Origin: Octopus sinensis
Lineage: Eukaryota
Assembly: GCF_006345805.1 (NCBI RefSeq)
Contig: NC_042998.1
Location: 139,438,001-139,502,000, forward strand
Length of the DNA: 64,000 nt
Direction: 5' to 3'
Shown: positions 59,110-64,000 of the stretch, piece after piece
Numbering within the stretch: the stretch's first letter is position 1
Layout of the letters: every line of letters begins with the position of its first letter
Program-made: the position numbers and the translations under genes
The notes under the pieces: generated by a model
Database searches by the model: none
What the model was told of the DNA's origin: nothing
The model's input: only the letters and a program-made list of their open reading frames with translations

Positions 59110-60500
59110 AGTGGAGGAATTAAAACACTAGGTAATTTATTTTACAAAAGTATAGGCTAGGGAAATCCATTGTGAAGAAATTAAATTTGCTAGCTAGTTT
59201 GTAAAAATCTGCAATAGAATGCTATAAATCTCCAAGAGGCAGAGATCACACTTTTCAGAACAATCAATAGAGAAAGATGCATGGTCAACAAGGGACCAAT
59301 TGATGTTATAATTACCCTTTAGAGTCCAAATGTATTTGAACAGCAAAGTAGTAAAGCAGCTTTCTGAGTAACATGTTAGAATTTAAAATAAAAAAAATTA
59401 TAGCTGTTATATTTACATAGAGAAAATATTACTAGTACTGGTTATAGAAGCTGCAAAGTTTGTAGGGCAGTTTTTTTTGAAAGGCTGAAATATTTATATA
59501 GGTTTTTTGAAAAGCTGAAATATTTATATAAGGTGAAATGTTTATATAGGTTTAGGAAGATCCTGGCAATATTGCACAAAATGAATAATCTGTGATCAAG
59601 CTAAAGACCAAAATATTTGAAGTAGAATCTCTTCCAAATTAAGTCTCACAAGTTCATCCCCATTTAATGTAATTATTGTAGAAGGCAAAGATTTCCTTGA
59701 TGCATAATGATTCAATTCCAAAGCTTATTAGAGAATGGATGTACTTGTTAAGTAAAATTCTACAATATTTAACAACATAAATTTACTAAAACACTTTTCA
59801 TAAAAGTAAGCCACTTGGTAACAGATTTAATATTACAGTACAGATGAGAAAAGACAACTTTTACATTTACTTATTCTTTTTGTTTCAGTCATTAGACTGT
59901 GGCCATGCTGGGGTAAATACAACAGACATCCCCCCCCCCCCAGTGCTTAGCTTTCTTTCTTATTTTTAGAAGCCTGGTATTTATTATATTGTTAAGTAAT
60001 GGTTGGAGGGACAAACAAAGATACACATATATACGATGGGCTTCCACATAGTTGTCTGTCAAATTCACTCACAAGGTAATTAGCTGGCCAGTGTCTATAG
60101 TAGAAGACACTAGCCTAAAGTACTGCACAGTGAGACTGAACCTGAAAGCACATGGTTGTAAAGCAAGATTCTTAACCACACAGCTATGCCTATATATAAA
60201 TATAAAGGGGATTTAGAAAAAAAATCTCCTTTATATTTAAAAATTTTCACAAAGACTTTCAAATATATAAAAAGTGCAATTCACTGATTTTTATGTGAAA
60301 TTCTATGAGAGTTATTGCAATTTAAGAAACTAGGTACAGGCAAGAAATTCTGGGTTGATCTGAGATTCAGTGTTACCTCATCAACTTCAATACTAAGGTA
60401 AATGAGATACATCCCAGTTCAATATGATATTGTAACAAAAAAAAAAAGAAATAACAAACAGCAACGCATTTTTGTAATTAAAAACAAAACAAAAAATACT

Positions 60501-60506
60501 TTTAAT
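60501..60506 (-). terminator. Candidate polyadenylation signal for MRPL12
   Basis: ATTAAA on the - strand ~83 nt after the stop. Confidence 0.4.
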
Positions 60507-60588
60507 AACTGGATATCTAGTGATTGTGAGAAAACTATATACATAGTATCAAGAAAGGTATAATGGCATAATCTAAGCAATCAAGACA

Positions 60589-60705
60589 TTATTCAATCTC
60601 AACTTGAGCACCAACAGCTTCTAAGGCAGCTTTAATTTTTTCGGCTTCTTCTTTGGGAATATCGGATTCAATGGTTTGAGGAGCTGCTTCAACAAATTTC
60701 TTGGC
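60589..60705 (-). CDS. MRPL12: MRPL12 terminal exon (mitochondrial ribosomal protein bL12m C-terminus)
   Basis: tgtag|[38 protein letters not shown], compared with human [38 protein letters not shown]. Confidence 0.96.
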   Translation of the reverse strand, partial: [38 protein letters not shown]

Positions 60706-61049
60706 CTACAAGAACAGGAGAATAGAGAAAAAGATTATTATTTTTCTTTTCCAAAACACAGCAAAGTGTGAGAAACAATTAACATTGGTCCATGAATTTG
60801 GTGGCTGTGTGGTCAAAAAATTTTGGGTTCAGTTCCACTTTGTGGCACCTTGGGCAAGTGTCCTCTACTTTTAAACCAAAATTGAAGGTAGTTGTGAGGT
60901 TTATCTTTTTTAGTGACAGGCAGATAGTCATGGATCCTTTGTTGTTTGTCCAGGTCCCAGACCAATGTATTGGCTCAACTTACTTCTTATAGGCCCTGAT
61001 GGTGTTACACGAAACATGTGCAATTTTTTACTGTAACATAGTACAATGT

Positions 61050-61880
61050 ATTAAGAATGCACTGTACTATAATCTTCCTATAATGAGCGTTATATCCGTC
61101 TGTCTGTGCCCTCTTCACAGTCAAACAGCTGGACCAACGGTCATGATGTTTTTCAGGATTACGAAGGAGGTAATCAGGAAGGTTTTGAGTGAAAAATGTG
61201 AAAAAAGTATGATTATTTAGTGGATACTGAGTTTTGTATTAATAAATCCGAACGTGGCCGATGCCAGACCCCTCTGGCACCTGTGCAGGTGGCACGTAAA
61301 AAACACCCACTACACTCGCGGAGTGGTTGGCGTTAGGAAGGGCATCCAGCTGTAGAAACACTGCCAGACTAGACTGGAGCCTGGGGCAGTCCCTAGCTCC
61401 CCAGACCCCGGTCGAAACCGTCCAACCCGTGCTAGCGCGGAAAACGGACGTTAAACGATGATGATGATGATGAAATCCCCTTTGACTTTTTTTTGCTAAA
61501 ATTCTGGCGATGAGGATTAACTCTGATTTCCCCATCATATAGTTTGTGAATTTAGAGGGTTTAAATTTGCGATACTATCCCTGTATTTTCCATTGGAGAT
61601 GGGCAAGTTTGTTATCTTATTATAATGGGTGTTATGTCTGTCTGTCCATCTCTTTATTCCCTCTTCACTGCCAGATGGCTGGATCAATGGTTACAATATT
61701 TTTTGGGATTACAAAGACAGTCATCAGGAAGGTTCTTAACATTAAAAAATCAGAAAGTATGACTATTTCGTGGATATTGATTTTTGAATTGATTAACCAC
61801 CTTCACATTTTTATTAAAAATTCACTGACCACGAGCAACTCCGGATTTTCGCTGTAGATACGAAGGGGATCGCGAGGACA
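61050..61880 (+). mobile_element. Two diverged tandem copies of a ~250-bp Helentron/HINE-like unit, the first interrupted by an RTE-tail insert
   Basis: ATAATGAGCGTTAT..TCTGTCTG..TCAGGAAGGTT..AAAGTATGA.TATTT.GTGGATA at ~61080-61240 and ~61620-61780. Confidence 0.45.
61250..61472 (+). mobile_element. Young 5'-truncated RTE-tail insertion
   Basis: CpG-intact tail ending in (ATG)n, with AAATCC on both sides (61244-61249 and 61473-61478). Confidence 0.8.
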
Positions 61881-62816
61881 GTTAATAGCAAAAATAAAAT
61901 GGAGAAAGTGTGTGCGATTATTTAGTGGTCTTGAAGTGTGTCAGTCTTGAGCAGGATTTGAAACAGCTAATTGAAGCAGCTGTTGTTTACATCTCAGTTT
62001 TGTCAAAATAACCCGTGGTACCAGAACATCCAGACATTATTCGCATAGTACAGTGAGTCTTAGCTTGATTTTTTTGCAACCCTAAAGATTCCCCTTGTGC
62101 ATTCACAGCAAACAAGGCACAGGGCCAAACTTTTAGTGTAGGTGTATTTTTACCCATTATGATGTTTACACATGGCCAGTTGTGTCGCTATGAGTAGAGC
62201 AATGAACTCCAGTAATTTGAAAATTAGTGTCGACCAAACAGAAAATATCGTCTACAAAGAAGTTTTGTAATCATATTGATATTATTGAAATGATTCATAA
62301 TTTAAATAAGGAAACTTGTGAACTTTAGATGTATAAGAGTATAAACAAGCATAAAAAGGTGTAAACAACTAAAATAAAAGTATTTCTAAATAACATTTTT
62401 TTCTTAATACTTTTTATGTAGTGGTCGAAGGAAGCTCTGGCTTTCGTTAGGAGTGGTCCACATAACTATTCATGATACAGAGGCTGGGAGTCTATTTTTG
62501 TTTGGAGGTGAATCATCATCACATGTCACTTAGTCACAAACACACGTCATATTGCTACAATAGAATGCTGTATCACCAACAATAATGTGATTTCTCTAAG
62601 ACACCCAGTAATCTATCAAGTCCATTTATACATTTCTCAATACATACTGCTGTTATGACTTCCCTCCCTCATCTTATGCCTCCATTGTAGAAGAGTAGAT
62701 TTTTTAGTCAATATAATAGCAATATAAGAGAGAAGCATTGTATTGTACATTTAACAGTAATTTTAAAGATAAGTATTATATTGTTTCCACCACTCACAGC
62801 ATTGCTGTATTATACA

Positions 62817-63322
62817 CTAGCAGTATCGCCCAGCGTTGCTCGGGTTTGTAAGGGAAATAACTATATAAGCATTTTTAGAGAGTTACTTCCCTTATAAATT
62901 CGGGCTTTCTTAGCCATTTTTGTTTTGGTGTCTTCAAGCCATGAAGTCGTTATTCTAAAAGAACGCTGGTTTCCTTCACAACGCATTACGACGTTGATTT
63001 CTTTACACTCCCTTCCCCACAGCTTCACGAGGGAGGGAAGGGGAAGAAGCAAACAGGTGCAGCTGTGAGTGTGGACGCCAACTCCGCCGCCATCGACATA
63101 CGATGCATTTTATGCATTAAAATGGAATAAAAAATGATGTTAAATTATTTTTAAAATCGTAGACTCATCGTTGACGCGCGCTAATAGTCAGACGGGCTCG
63201 ATATGAATCACGACTATAAGATACCCGAATTTGGTTAAACTGCACCGCAAAATGTGGGAGGAGTTAGGAATCTAAATCGAAGGGGACAGACACTCACACA
63301 ACTAGAGTTTTATATATATAGA
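62817..63322 (-). mobile_element. Complete 506-bp non-autonomous Helitron in an MRPL12 intron
   Basis: 5' A|TCTATATATATAAAACTC, 3' hairpin CCCGAGCAACGCTGGG (62829-62844) then CTAG|T. Inserted at an AT site, with CpGs intact. Confidence 0.85.
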
Positions 63323-63412
63323 TATATTGTACAGAACTATATTACTATTAAGCAGTAAGACCAATTAAGAACAAAATTTATCATATTCAGTAAATTAAAT
63401 CCAAGGACTAAC

Positions 63413-63550
63413 CTGTACAAGATTAAAACCCGACATTAAATTCTTTATTTCTTTGATAACTGGTATCTTTTTAGCAGCATCAAATGATACTAATTTCACA
63501 GTGAAGATTGTTTGTTCTTGTTTTAAAGGAGCTTCTTCAGTATCCTCTGT
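63413..63550 (-). CDS. MRPL12: MRPL12 penultimate coding exon
   Basis: ttcag|TEDTEEAPLKQEQTIFTVKLVSFDAAKKIPVIKEIKNLMSGFNLVQ|gttagt, compared with human ERTHFTVRL..KVKLIKEIKNYIQGINLVQ. 138 nt, phase 0. Confidence 0.96.
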
Positions 63551-64000
63551 CTGAAAAGCCAAAAGTATAAAATAAATGTAAACTTTACTCAACAGAAAGT
63601 TCAATAAGTAGGATATACATGTATTTGAAAGTATAATTAATTCTATCTTAAATCTTTAACTTACAATATCTGTTGAAAATGATTGAAGATAACAACTCCA
63701 TTACAAAACAGAAAGGAATGATAGAGGGATTGATTACAGTTTTCCTTCCTTGCTCCCTTCAAAATGAATACAAACCAAGTTACACAGCCCTGCATGAGGA
63801 TGCATTGGTCAGGCAGTCCTGAAACATGATATGACACAGATTGTACTAACCTTGTCTACATTCATTTCAAGAGTGATATTGAGCATTTCAGGATTAGCTG
63901 AGCAATGCAGTCCCATATACTGCTGTGTCATACAGCACCTTACATGAAGAGTTAAATTTGTCAACATCATTATCACCACAATTATCAGCTTAATAATTTA

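Overview
This is AT-rich, microsatellite- and SINE-dense animal genomic DNA; the repeat families look like those of an octopus or other coleoid cephalopod (inference). Two protein-coding genes are supported by spliced exons. (1) A complete + strand STAMBP/AMSH K63-deubiquitinase: probable non-coding exon 1 ending at 24943, then 9 coding exons from 31218 to 57648. These join with GT-AG sites and consistent phases into 1353 nt (450 aa plus stop), with MIT domain, coiled coil, STAM-SH3-binding motif and an intact JAMM site. (2) The last two coding exons of a convergent - strand MRPL12 (63550-63413, 60705-60589). A promoter and 5' exon of a third gene probably point out of the left edge. The rest is mobile DNA: R4/Dong-like, RTE and CR1/L2-group LINE remnants, a Penelope-like element, a full-length dead mariner, Helitron-type non-autonomous elements, a 1.55-kb foldback element, MITEs and two SINE families. 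The best second-look items are a minimal hammerhead-ribozyme-like motif (A6U variant) in three Penelope-type terminal repeats, a ~12.4-kb (TA)n/TATG array inside one SINE in STAMBP intron 2, a candidate 24-nt in-frame microexon next to the STAM-binding motif, and one 3' tail shared by two LINE clades. Almost all of the ORF track (YIYI-type ORFs) is microsatellite noise.
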